Assembly: GCA_002633005.1 (NCBI GenBank)
Contig: NMRA01000097.1
Location: 574,766 to 638,765 of the forward strand
Direction of reading: 5' to 3'
Length of the DNA: 64,000 bases
From: Phoronis australis
Lineage: Eukaryota > Animalia > Phoronida
In this document: positions 25,097 through 37,940 of the stretch, piece by piece
Position numbering within the stretch: position 1 is the first letter of the stretch
Layout of the letters: every line of letters starts with the position of its first letter
The notes under the pieces: model-generated
Database searches by the model: none
What the model was told of the DNA's origin: nothing
What the model saw: only the letters and a program-made list of their open reading frames with translations
Translations under genes and position numbers: made by a program

Positions 25097-26617
25097 GTAA
25101 GTGATCCAATAATGTCAGCTTTGAGAAAAAGTTACTTCAATAAGGTAATAGTCATGCAATTCGTTCGATGTGACAGACGTCTTTAACAATAATCAAACTC
25201 AGTTTTTTTTTCTTCAATGTTAAAATATTTCAAAGTCTATCTCGAGCAGGACAAAGGGAGAAAGTCGCTCACTTTGAACAACACATCATGTCATCCTAAA
25301 GTGAACACATCTTCAGTGAAATGACTACAGATGCAATAAAATTGTCACATGGCACACGCTTGGACCTCACTTGGCATTCGTTAATTGCTTACGGACAGTT
25401 GTTCGGTTCGCAAATGAATGGCAAAATCAGCTCTTTCATGGATTACTTATTGTAACGTGCCTCCGTTCCCCAGAATGAGTTTCTGAGCAGACTTTGTCTT
25501 AAAATACGTGATTTTCATTAAATTCCATGTTTGAATGCACACATGCATCATTGTAGATCAGTTTCAACGAAATGAAATTTTACAGCAGCTTTGTACTAGG
25601 TCTTAGATGTTTCCGCATAGTTGCTCATTTTGCAGTGTGAAGCACAGGCAAATTTGCAGGTGTTGAATCAAAATTAAAAATGTCTCGAAACTGGAAACAC
25701 CAACAGTAAATGGTCACATAGTCCAGTTGTCCATCAGAACAGTTTAAATGTTGCTTTATCCCTGACCTCCTTATTGGGCCCTTTGGGGCGACAAAGGTCC
25801 GTAGACAGGTCAAGTCACGTTCCAATGTCCTTTATAGTGGGGGACTGGTCCACGATAAAGACGCTATAAAACCCTTCCCATCATAAAATTGAAACGTGTG
25901 ATCCCTATCACATACCGTTCTGATATTACATGTATTCTTCATTGAGACCGGAGGAAAATTCAAGGCATCTACAGCAAGTTCATTTGGTCATTTCCTGTTA
26001 CCATAGGCTCGTGTCATGAAACTTTCTGTCTCAAAATCGGCCAACATAAAACTAAAATGTCTTGCCCTGGTTTCATGAAATTTATTGTGAACAAAACTAG
26101 ACCGAAATCGATCTAATGCTGGGGTTAAAGTTAGCCTGCTACGGAGTTTTCATAATATTGGGCTTTTGGTCTAAAGGCCATAAGTTGGAGCTTTTATCAC
26201 AGAAAACTCTTGCGGAACAAATTTCGTTGATTTTTTCACAATCAAATTTTCGTAAACAATGACGTTTAGGGACCTCTCTAGACTCGTAGGAGCGCAAAAA
26301 TGACTCCCGCTTTAACCAGGCTCAGTTTTGAAGGACAGAAATTCAATTACTACATTCATTAATTTGAAAACAAAGGAATATATACCCTATCTGTCTCTCC
26401 CATTGTATGTAAAGTTCGAGTTCACTCACTTATATTCACATTTTGATACCGACCGGTATCGAAAGTCTCCTGCTTTATCACCCATAGCCACTGGCTTTAG
26501 CGACTGTACAGTTTTGCAACCTTGTGGTGAGTTTAGTAGAGATGAATTCCGCGGCACCTGTGGGACAACTTCTGAGAAATTATATAAGTATTACTTTACG
26601 ATATCAATCGATTTCAG

Positions 26618-26968
26618 CAGCTGGTGAAACTTTTTCAGTGAATGAGTCCACACTCGATGCTCAGCTCACTGTTATCGATAAAAATAACGCAAGCACTTCT
26701 TCGCTGGCTGATGGCGCAACGTATATTGCAAGGTGTGTTATAGAAAGTGAAATCCCGGAAGTAGGTATCGATCTGGAGCCGTCTGTGGGGAACATAAGTG
26801 CCATTATCGTTAGTGGTGGCTCCAGGTGGAAACGCTATCGCCGTGAAGTTTCCTTCAAAGCTATCCCGAGCATGAACCAGAACTTGGTGTTCTCCTGCAA
26901 CTGCTCACATAATATCGTCCACGAGTTCAAGGCATACAGACAGCTTCAAGGTCCGTTGACCGTTAACT
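26618..26968 (+). CDS. Exon Ig7 (type B)
   Basis: tttcag acceptor (in-frame alternatives start at 26621 and 26639), t|gtaagt donor; YIARCVIESEIPEV...VSFKA...FSCNCSHNIVHE. Confidence 0.87.
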
Positions 26969-27105
26969 GTAAGTGTAACGGGTATTCAAGGATCGGGGGT
27001 TAACTACTTACAAGGATAACTGGGCCGACTGCCATTTATGCAGCGAGGACAAATAAGCTAAATGACTAAATGAAAACACCGCTAGAACTCTGCGCGAGTA
27101 TACAA

Positions 27106-27849
27106 TGTTGTCGTATTTTATGTATTTGCCTAGATACTAGAAAGAAGTTCGTAAGAATACCAACAATCGAAACATATTATGAATATTTTATAAAACATGG
27201 ACGATAGATACACCCCCGAATTTTCGAACACCTGTCCGTTTTCAAGAGGCCACTGTTGTGTTCGTAGAACCAGTAAAACAACACAGATGAGAGTAAAATA
27301 TAATACGTCTATTCTGACTACTGCAAACGTAAATAAACATGAAGGAACACTTCAAACTAAACACAAACATGCATGTAACACACTGTCAGCAGTCTTGTTT
27401 GTAAAACGATACTAAGTGTCCAGTCATAACTAAAACGATGTATTACACTGCTGTTTGCTGTAAGGTGATCCTACTGATGACTGAAGCTAGTTATAATAAG
27501 TAGTAATTAAAAGTTCAGCCTGTCTGGTTGGATTGATTTCCTTCCGGAACGTGTCACAACTACAGACGAATCCGTTGGTGGATTTTCTACGGGTAATCGT
27601 ACGGTAGTAGCGTTCGAATCCGCAGTGGGATCGACCACAGGCGTAGAAGGTTGTTCCGTCAACCGAGTTGGCGGTACGAAGGCTTGTGGCGGCGGTAAGT
27701 TACTTGGCGGTGGGCCAAACGTGGTTGAAGATGGGTTGTCTTCCGGTGTGCGTCGTACTATGTGGTCTACGTGACGCCTCCAAATCCGTTTATCGGGCAA
27801 CTCCACAGAAAATGACACGGGTCCTCGTTGTTCTATGATCATACCAGGG
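27106..27849 (-). mobile_element. Gypsy LTR retrotransposon 3' fragment (integrase C-terminus, putative PPT and 3' LTR)
   Basis: PGMIIEQRGPVSFSVELPDKRIWRRHVDHI...TRSGRKSIQPDRLNF*; purine-rich tract then TGTT...AACA (27230 to 27106); cut by N at 27850. Confidence 0.75.
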
Positions 27850-27904
27850 NGTGTTATGCAGAACAGATAACCGTAGCTAAGTTTGATTTCAAAGTTTTGT
27901 ATGC

Positions 27905-28007
27905 ATATGAATGTATGTATGTATGGATGGATGGATGGATGGATGGATGGATGGATGTATATATACATATACATACATCCATCCATCCATCCATACATGC
28001 ATACATA
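27905..28007. repeat. Inverted (GATG)n/(CATC)n compound microsatellite
   Basis: gtatggatggatggatgg...tatatacata...catccatccatccatac. Confidence 0.9.
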
Positions 28008-28044
28008 TCCCTATTTTAATAGAGGTAAAGAGGTACAATATGTC

Positions 28045-28539
28045 AACCTCCTACCCTAAACAAGTATGTAAACCTCCTACCCTAAACAAGTATGTAAATC
28101 TCCCACCCTAAACAATTATATAAACCTCCTACCCTAAACAAGTATGTAAACCTCCTACCCTAAACAAGTATGTAAAACTCCTACCCTAAACAAGTGTGTA
28201 AACCTCCTACCCTAAACAAGTGTGTAAACCTCCTACCCTAAACAAGTATGTTCTAACCTCCTACCCTAAACAAGTATGTAAACCTCCTACCCTAAACAAG
28301 TGTGTAAACCTCTTACCCTAAACAAATATGTTCTAACCTCCTACCCTAAACAAGTATGTAAACCTCCTACCCTAAACAAGTATGTAATCCTCCTACCCTA
28401 AACAAGTATGTAAACCTTCTACCCTAAACAAGTATGTAAACCTCCTACCCTAAACAAGTATGTAAACCTCCTAACCTAAACAATCATGTAAACCTCCTAC
28501 CCTGAACAAGTATGTACTAACCTCCTACCCTAAACAAGT
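28045..28539. repeat. Minisatellite, 26-bp unit, about 19 copies
   Basis: aacctcctaccctaaacaagtatgta repeated with minor variants. Confidence 0.95.
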
Positions 28540-29197
28540 TCCACTAGATCCATAGTCAACCGACGTCACAAACTTGGGGATAATAATAAGTAAATTTCGC
28601 ACTGCTAATTCAGTTGACTTTACGTGTGGATGTTCAAATAGCTAACAAGCTAACAAGTTGAAAACGTCTCGGGGAATTTCACTGAAACTTTAAAATTTAA
28701 ATATTTATTCACCAGTCTCAAAAGGTTTTAAGGTTTTCTTTTTAAACGCCTAGTTTTGCGTACCGTAAAGGAGACGAATACGACTACTATTTATTACAAA
28801 ATATTTTACGTTTTGCGTTTAAATTTGGCATACAAACAAAAGCGAATCCAGACGAGTACTTGAAAATTCTTGACAGCGTTTTTAGGTGAATTTAATTTGA
28901 AGAGGGTTTCATTAAAATTGCTTTGAATGTAATTTTCTTAAATTGAATTTATACTTAAAAACGTTTGTTACGTAATAATTATAAAGGCACTATCACTGAT
29001 CTTTTTTCTTTCAGAAATCTTTTACTAATATATGAGTTAGAATTGATATAACCTTAGAAAACAATGCAAGGTATTCTTTTTGAACTGAGGGCGCCTTTAA
29101 ATCACCCCCACTACGTTAGATTTACGGAAACTGGCTTCGTAGCAGCTTTACGTTCCAAGGCTGTAAGATTGCACGCCACGATCTCAATATTTTGCAG

Positions 29198-29527
29198 TTG
29201 GGCCGAGCTCAGTGATCATCAAATTAAACGACGCAGTAATCAAAGAACACGCTTGGGTTAACTTCGGAGACACGTACCGTGTGACGTGCGAAATAAACGA
29301 CACGTTCCCATCACCAATTTCACGGCTTAAAGTTGATGGAGTGGGGACGGTGCTTATAGAATCGAGGACAAAACAAGATACGTCTTCCAACTATGGTGCC
29401 ACCTCACGAGAGGCCAGCCTTCAATTCCAAGCATCAGTGGACTACCATAAAGGACGCATAGTGTGCTCGGCCGACAACATAGTAACTTTCCACAGAAAGG
29501 AGACAAAACATGAAATACGTCTTAATG
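29198..29527 (+). CDS. Exon Ig8 (type A)
   Basis: ttttgcag acceptor, g|gtatgt donor; 330 nt; (F)GPSSVII...YRVTCEINDTFP...FQASVDYHKGRIVCSADN. Confidence 0.9.
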
Positions 29528-30484
29528 GTATGTTTGATTGGGTGGACTCAGATTTCAGAAAAACCCTTGCATACTTATATACAAAAAACATGAAGTTTGT
29601 AATTAAATTGGTTTCATTTTGTGAGATAAGCATTTTAATTATGATATAATTAACATGCACGATTCAATTGAAAAGCCGCAATCACAGAGGCATGCACTCA
29701 TTACCAGACATTTGTCCCTTAGACTCGAACGAGCAACAGACGGGCATGTGAACAGATAATCAGACAAATTCCACCTCACTGTGCCCATAAATATGTTTCT
29801 TAGTTCACCTGTACTCGTCTGTACCATGCCTTGCAACAATGATTTTCAAAATGGTCACAAAAGCTTACTATGAGACATTTGCTACCCCCACCATTCTTTT
29901 CACCCCATGAAACATACAACACCAGGCCCGTAGGAAGGAAAAAATTATTGGGGAGGCAAAAACCTTTTCGACTACGCCTGACTACCCCCCCTCCCCCATC
30001 ACCGCCACCTCCGCCAACACCCCCCGCCGCCGCCACCGTGCTCCCGTTGCCACCATATTTGTACCGAATCTCCCAAGTCCGCCGTAGGTGGGGGGGCAAT
30101 CCAGGTGATGCACCCATTTCAGTAACAAAGTTTCACGTTGAGTGAGAATGGGCCTAGGACCAGTGCACCGACGTGTAGCGAGGACCTGCCTCAAGTAACT
30201 GCAGCTGAGATCTAACAGTGAGAAAATACGAAATTCCCGATGAAATAAAGCTAGTTGCTGGTCAGCTCAGTTATGATACACTTGATACTGGCAACTTAGC
30301 TCGCACACATTTGTCTGCGCTGGCTCTAGGGTCAAGATTCGTTTCATTGTTATCCAGTTTCGGGAAAACTTTATTTCATTATGGTCATTCTTTGAAGGTG
30401 TTTTTTGAAAAGGTGAGATCCCGAGGTCTCTGGTATAGTGGCTCTGGGGCTGTTTCAAAATCCCTCGCTGAAACGCGACCGAGA

Positions 30485-31085
30485 TTCATCAATATGCTTG
30501 AGTCTTATTTCAGATATACAAAAATCGTTTAGTGTACTTTGCTATTTGAAGATCTGATGATAGATCGAATTTTCCGAATGTCAACCTGCAACTAAGTTGA
30601 CTGAAGCATCTTCACTTCTTAAAAGATTCGCTTCTAATTGTAAAAAAATCATTTACAATCTGTCGATTTTCGTAGATACATAAACATGTAAATCAAAAAT
30701 CAACAATTGATTCCATGAGCTTGCTTTAATGACTCATTCCTCATAGATCTCCCGTTTGTGAGTTTGAACTACAAATCTAGAGCTTAAGTCGAAAAGTAAT
30801 GCATTTATTGACATTTGAATTATGAGTACATTTTTGGGAATGGTCTAAATTTCATCAATGTCTGAGAGTTATTTTAGATATGCAAAAATCGTCTAAGTGT
30901 ACTGGTTCCTAGGTGTACTTTACTAGTTGGGGGTCGGGTTATAGTTTTTCCAATGTCAGACTGCAACTAAATTCTCTGAACCATCATCAATTCGTACAAA
31001 ATTAGCTTCTTCTAAGTGTCAAAAATTATCCATGAATCTATCGATTTTTGTAGATACATAAACAAGTAAATCGGAAACCAACAAA
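30485..31085. repeat. Diverged direct duplication, about 365-390 bp spacing
   Basis: ttcatcaat...agatatacaaaaatcgt and tcgattttcgtagatacataaaca occur at about 30486/30851 and 30664/31041. Confidence 0.7.
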
Positions 31086-31394
31086 TTTGTTTATCGAAAC
31101 AGAAGGTTATAACCAATTTCCGCAGGCATTCTTACAGGTTTTTGACGGGTAAACGGGGGAAGATGAGAGATGGGGTATTTGTATTAAGGTGTATTTTTGC
31201 TCATTTCAGAAGTACATGTACCTATAACGGTTCACGAGGTTAACTTGAACACCACTGACAAAACACGCTGAAATCTTTGTTTATGATTGCGAGAGTTCTT
31301 TGAGTACCCCCGTTTGACGTGTACAGGGCCTTCACAAATAGTAGCCTCGACAGCAGTGTTTTCCACATGTGGGAATTCTTTACAAACAACTCAC

Positions 31395-31558
31395 GGTAAC
31401 CACTTTCATGGTAACCACTTTCATGGTAACCACTTTCATGGTAACCACTTTCATGGTAACCACTTTCATGGTAACCACTTTCATGGTAACCACTTTCATG
31501 GTAACCACTTTCATGGTAACCACTTTCATGGTAACCACTTTCATGGTAACCACTTTCA
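31395..31558. repeat. Perfect 15-bp tandem array, 11 copies
   Basis: ggtaaccactttcat x11. Confidence 0.97.
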
Positions 31559-33799
31559 AAAGAGATGCTACTCTTGTGATACTATGAGAAACAGTAACAT
31601 TATTTAATAACTAACTATCATACATAGTCCTTTGTGTAATTCACATACACTGGTCTTCACGTTCTTCAAAATACCACCCTTTCGATGGCGGTCAATCCTA
31701 CTGTATTTTTTCACATTTTTGGTTGTTTAGGTCAAATGTCTTGACACTGCTGTACTGTGTACGAATGTTTTGTGTTTTTGATAAAGTTGGAATCTCGTTT
31801 TCCCTCGTGAATACTTGGCAGTGTCGGATTTACATGTATAGAGGGTCAAAGGAACATTTTCCCCGAACTGCTTCATGGAGAGAGGATCCCGTCTGAAACG
31901 GGTCACTTTAGGATGAAAGGCTAAACACCATTGAGCTTGGAAAAGAGTGACAGTTCATTTCACTGTTGTGTGGTCACAAAACGGCACAGGAAGTGACGTT
32001 CTTCAACATGAAAGCCGGTTGCACGATTTCACAAAAAACAGGAAAATAGAGGTAATCGATTCCAACATTGGGCCCTCTCTCCATTAGCGGCCCCTTCAGA
32101 ATTTGTCAATAAAAACACAAAAAGATGGCCATTTGAATTTTATCAATGGACTCCTTCAAGGGCGGGGCCCCTAAATATGAAAATATCCATCTTTTCAAAC
32201 GTCAGGAAATGCGCAGCAATTGATGATATCCGTGGGGTGATAATTTTTTCTCAAGTGATATACAATTTCGAGAAAAAAATTAAGCGACAGTTGTCTCCGT
32301 TATCTCTTGCCTATGGGAGAACTTAGTTTTGAATTCGCAAAATTGACTTACTGACTTTAAAATCCAGAAAATCAATACGCTCCGAAAAAGCTTCGCTTTA
32401 AAAATTTTCTCGATTTTTCGAAATATGTGCGTGAGTGATTACGTGCGTGTCTTACAAAACCCAGTGACATGGCCTGCGCGCATGATCAATCGGACACTGA
32501 TTGAGCCTACGATTTCCTGCTTCCAAAAATATGTTGTAACAAATGAAACAAATCCCCGAACGTGATTGTCTTCAAATCAAAATATTCATGTTATAAATTT
32601 ATAGAAGGATTAGTATCGTAGGGTAATTGGCCCCTCTCCGTGACAAAAACGGCTTTTGATTTTGATCACGTCCGTTACAAAATTGTTTTTTAGACAAAAT
32701 ATATTGGGCATTCTGAACCTGCACAGAACTAACTTCTCTGTTGCTTAGGGCTAAGTATTACAAATGGGTTTGGCACAGGGGCCTTTTAAAATCTCTGAAC
32801 ATCAAACAATTCGAAACATCAACCATCAGGTACGCAGCCGCTTTGGGATGAACTAAAACATTAACACTGGAAAAACATCAGAATGTTTGATGTCTTGGTA
32901 CCCTCTGAGTCCAATGTGCGATCAGTGGGCAGTGTACATGATTAAATGCACTGACCATCAACCATGTTCCACTGGGCAAGGAAGTGAAAGCCATTTCAAC
33001 TGTTATTTTTTATTCCTCATGCAAACCCTAACTTTGAATAATTATTTTCTATGTGAGCAATATTGCCGGAACATAAAATTTCAAATGATATTTTTCAAAC
33101 ACCTCAGGCTTGGAGAATGACAGAGATAATTTTTGCCCTGTGGAGCTATCTCATCGTTACGTGCTACCCAACTACAATGAAGTTTTAATACAACTGAGAG
33201 CTATCTATGGTAATTCATGCATGCCCAGGGTTTGAACGACCCATTTCTGCAAAATGGTTGGGTTCCGTTAAAAACCGCCCTGCAGTCACGGTAAAGTGCT
33301 GCTCGAAAAGCCGTTGGCCAAAGTCCCTAGCTGTCAACGAGTAGATTGCTTCGAACGTGGGGCTTGATCGAACGTTAGTGAACATCACTGGTATGCCCAT
33401 TGTGTTCGCCGGGAACCTTGTTGTTTATTTCCTCCAATTCATCTTTTAATTATGGAATGCCAAAGCAACGAAAAATTAAGGCCGTAATTAATTAAAAATT
33501 CAAACCAGTATTTTGGAAAATTTTTGAAAAGGCAAGACAGTTTTTACATTATAAGAATATTTTTGTAGAAATCCAGGCAACAATATTTGAAAATGTTTGC
33601 AAAATCTTTAACAACTGTTGGAAATAACAGTTTACGGAATTCGTGGCAAGATTACAGAGGTACAGCACTGGGAAAATTTAATTTTTTAGTGAATTTATCG
33701 TGATCTTGAAGTGAAAATATAGTCTTTTGACTTGATTTTTGCCGTTTTCGAATCCATGGCTGAAGAAATTCATGATCGCAGGTGTTACCACTTAGATAT

Positions 33800-35935
33800 T
33801 ATGAGCAGAGTTCTGAGAAATCAGTACGCTTACAGAGCTGGTTTTTCTACTGAGACTGCTCTTCATCCCATTTTCAGACAGCTTGAAAATGCTGTATACA
33901 ATAAAATGCTCGCTCTTGGTGCTTTCATCTACATTGTAGGTGCCTTCAGCTACATTGAACATGATGCTATCTATAATGCACTTGTTCAATTTCAGATTGA
34001 CAAAAACCTTATAAGGTGGACTACGTACATGCTGAGCAGTCAGACTGTAACAGCTAAGCTTGAGTTAGCTAGTGTGACTGTCCGTCTCACTAGAGGTACT
34101 CCACAAGGTGGTACCGCTTCACCAGCTCTCTTTAGTGTGGTCATAGACTGTCTGTTAAGGCAGCTGTTGGCTACCATTGGGCAAGGTCTAGCTGTACAGG
34201 CCTATGCTGATGACATTGTCTTCTATGTGTCAAGTGTCGATGCTTGCACACGCCACAGTATTGTCCAGAAGGCACTTAATGTTGCTATTTGATGGACCGA
34301 GACAGTTGAATTGGAGATCAATAGCAGTATAACAAAAGTGGTGATGTTCACCTGGAAGCGGAATTGGAATGTAAAACCATTAAAGCTCTACAATGAACTC
34401 CCACTCCAAGAAAAAGTCACTTACCTAGGTGTTACTCTCCACCATCGTCTTTTTTGGAGACCTCACGTGATGGACAAGATAACCAAGGCCAAGTTGGCCC
34501 TGGTAAGGTGCTGACGAGTAGTTGGTAAAACTTGGGGGCTCTCTCCCAAGAATTCTCTCTGGATCTACATTGGTGTTATCACACCGATAATAGCTTACGC
34601 GGCATCAATATGGACGGTTAGAACTAAACTGACACAAATACAGCGTTTAGCTTGCTTGTGTGTTACTTCTGCTTTTCCAGGGACACCCACAGCTGCAATG
34701 GAAAAGCTTATTGGTTTGCCACCCCTGCATATTTACCTCAGCGGTGAAGCTGTGCTTGTAGCTTACCGTATGAGGTGTAATGGGCAGTGGAGTAAGAGCC
34801 ATGTTAATGTTTGCAACAGGTTAATGTCAGAAACTGGAACACTTTTGGCAATGCCAAGTGATGTTTTAGTGACGACGCTAAATCACAGACACAATTTCTA
34901 TACAGAAATTGGAGATGGTCACGAAATCATTGATCACAATGTCCAACAGTCCATTTGTTACACTGATGGCTCTAAAATTGACAAAAGACAGTCAGGATCA
35001 GGAATTTCTTTTCCAGACATTGCAGGTGATGACAAAGAAAGCTGGATTTCACTGGGTAACATAGTTAAAGTCTTTCAGGCTGACATTTTCGCCATTCACC
35101 AGGCTGTCCAACTGGCAAGGGAGCATGAAACAGTCCGTAACAAGGAACTCTTCATACTCTCAGACAATCAAGCAGCTATCAAAAGCTCTAACTAAGCCCA
35201 AGATTAACTCCCATTGTGTCCTGGCCTGTGTAAATGAGCTTAACCACCTATCAGCTAGCAGAACTGTTCATGTGAACTGGGTTACAGCCCATGTTGGCAT
35301 TGACGGTAACGAAGCTGGTGACAAACTTGCAAAAAAGGAGCAAGTGCACCCTGTTGTGTACCAGAACCTTGCATATCAGTTGTCTATAGGTGCTGTAGAG
35401 CAAATGTAAGACACTGGGTGCACAAACCGTCCGTGGATGCATGGAGAAAGCATTCTGCCTGCAGACAAAGCAAACAACTTTTTTCCAAGTCCTATTGAAC
35501 CAAAGGGTTAAAAAAAATTGCTATGTTTAGATAGGCTTGCTATAAGGCGGCTGATCCAGGTTATTACTGGACACTGCAACCTAGCTCGGCACCGTAACAT
35601 CACAGGCCACATGGCATGTTCATTGTGTCCCAACTGTGGCTTGGAGGCCGAGACTCCTCAACATCTGGTGGAGATTTGCCCTGCCTACAACAAAAACCGT
35701 AATCTACTACTTAATGGACAAATAACCTGCCTGGTTAACATTGTTAGTTCATTCAGTTTCATAGTCTTTCTGTCTTTCTGAAACAAACAGGCAGATTGGA
35801 ATATTTCTCCCATGAGTAATCCGGTGATGTCGTGTCCTCATGAGTCATAATCAGGTGGTTAGTGTAATGCGAACTGCCTTGTGGCCTAAACACACCTGGT
35901 GTACCGCAAAAGGCTTCAAGCCCCTTATTTTTATT
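33800..35935 (+). mobile_element. 5'-truncated non-LTR retrotransposon with RT, RNase H and CCHC (LOA/R1/Tad1-like), pseudogenised
   Basis: QYAYRAGFSTETAL, GTPQGGTASPALF, YADD, YLGVTL; RNase H YTDGSK, SDNQAAI, WVTAHVGIDGNEAGDKLAK; CPNCGLEAETPQHLVEICP; several stops and frameshifts. Confidence 0.93.
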
Positions 35936-36087
35936 TAAATCTTGAAAACGTTTAAGTAAAATGTTGACAAGATTATTCAATGTCACCAACATTGTAATTT
36001 TGATTTTAATTTTTCTAATGATCTTGGAGTATAAACCTGTGTTGAATGTCTTCCGTTTTGGCATTCCATACTTCGTTTCTCTTATAG

Positions 36088-36426
36088 TCACTAAAGCAGT
36101 CCAAAATATAACAGTGGAGAGCCAAGACGGAACGTGCCATTACGAAGTAATCGAGGACGAGTTGAAACACGGGCATTGGTTGAACGAGAGCCAGCTGTAC
36201 ACAGCAGAATGTTCTACACACAGCGAGCTTCCGAACATCAAAATTAGGTGGACACGTGATACCTTCTCTGGGCATCAATCAGTAAGCCACATTGGCACCC
36301 GTTACAGTGTGAAAGTGGAACTGGAGGCCAAAAGAGAGCAAAACAAGAAAACTTTAGCTTGTAAAGTGCGCCATCCCAGGCTAGAGGACATAGAGGCAAC
36401 GTACGCGCTGGGGCTAAAAGTACTTT
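36088..36426 (+). CDS. Exon Ig9 (type B)
   Basis: ctcttatag acceptor, t|gtaagt donor; 339 nt; YTAECSTHSELPNIKIRW...QNKKTLACKVRHPRL. Confidence 0.9.
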
Positions 36427-36857
36427 GTAAGTAAATGCGTGCATTATTTATGTGACCAGGTAAAATTGGCTTTCGGGAATATGCGCGCACCAAGCCCAAC
36501 AGTGAGGAGCTCGAAAGTTTGAAAATGTGGACTTTTGTTTCAAACAGACAAACAAACAAAACGATTATTCAAAAACTCATAGGGCCATTGGCCCACAGTT
36601 CAACATATTAATATACAAACAGTATAATCTCACCATATCATCAAAAACTCATAATTTCGGTCATAATTGCCATTGCTTGTTGACTGAAGGATGCAGTACA
36701 TAGATTCTGAACCTAAGATTTTAAGTGTTATCGCCGCCAGCCTTTCCGAATTTCGTGACATGGTTCGTAAAGTGACTACAATTGCTCTCTGGTAATCAAC
36801 TGTGCATTTTCTGAACGGTGCAGCAACTGACTTGCCTCCTCAGTGATATTTTCATCT

Positions 36858-36920
36858 GGGAGCGAGTCTGGCCTAGTGGGTTGAGTGTACGCCTCTGGAA
36901 ACACTGGTTTCAGTTTTCTG
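36858..36920 (+). mobile_element. Possible tRNA-derived SINE head
   Basis: gggagcgagtctggcctagtgggttgag with a pol III A-box; B-box degenerate. Confidence 0.35.
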
Positions 36921-37479
36921 GTACGCAATGGACCCGGCTTGGCATCTTGCGTAGCTTACATCTGATGCAACATGCATCAGCACAATTTCTTCAGCCAACT
37001 CAAATAGTTCACGCGCACTCTAACCCGCTCTACACTTAACCCATTTAAAGACGCGTGCCTAACAATCCTTTTGATCCGATAACTTAACCTTACAACACGG
37101 TAGCACTCATGGTTCTTGACGGTTCTCCGCCTGCATGGCACGGTTTATGTCTTTACAAAGTTTCCCCAAATCATAGAACTCTCGCCCTGGAATGCCAACT
37201 TCGGTCTTGCTCTTGCTAAGATTGCGCCGCGAATGCATTTGTTTGCACTCGTTTTTTCCGCTGTTGGTTATTCAAATTCTTATGGAATTTACCGTCACTA
37301 ATTTTTATCATAACTCCGCATTTTTTAACTGAATTGTGTAAGATTCATATCGAGCCCATCATCAGTTATTAATGCTGTATGCTTATAACAGAAAAAAAAA
37401 TGATTGCGGGGAGGCTGGTACAAATTGTACCAGACGTGCGCAGGCCGTGGAACCATTTTTGCTTCATTAATATTAGTTA

Positions 37480-37600
37480 AGCCGAGCTGAGGTGCTAGCA
37501 ACCTGACCCAAGGGTCTAGCAGTGCGGCCCAGTATTACTCGAACCCACGACCACGAGTAATGAAAGCGGTCACCTATCACACACTAAACCACACTGCCTC
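37480..37600 (-). mobile_element. tRNA-derived SINE fragment
   Basis: Minus strand gaggcagtgtggtttagtg (A-box), ggttcgagt (B-box), then cccttgggtcagg resembling the post-tRNA ccttgggcaag segment common in metazoan SINEs. Confidence 0.6.
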
Positions 37601-37940
37601 CTAGATTGTAACAGAAGCAAACTGTACATAATTTACTTCATAAATAATCATTATTTCGCATAGAGTCCCTGAAGGTTTAAAATATGTTTTACCAAAATGC
37701 GAAAAAGGGCAACGCGGAACGTAGAAATGCGGCCACGATAGCACCACCGTGCTTCTATGGGTGTTTTTATTATCATAAAAATGGCTATTCGATGACGCGG
37801 AGCGCGTCAAACCCATTCAAATAAGGAGGGTGTTGTTTCTGTAAACCAAACCCATTTGCCAAATTTCATGATTGTAAGCTAAGGAACTCCTAAGATTTAA
37901 AGGCAAACGTAAAAACAATTGACAGTAGGGAGCACAGCTA

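Noticed and set aside
28045-28539. Telomeric repeat (contains CCCTAAA)
   Set aside because: The motif is only part of a 26-bp unit, not a contiguous telomeric array.
29870-30145. Proline-rich ORF as a stalk exon
   Set aside because: No matching phase-1 acceptor/donor pair was found; it looks like the low-complexity tract plus hairpin of a repeat terminus.
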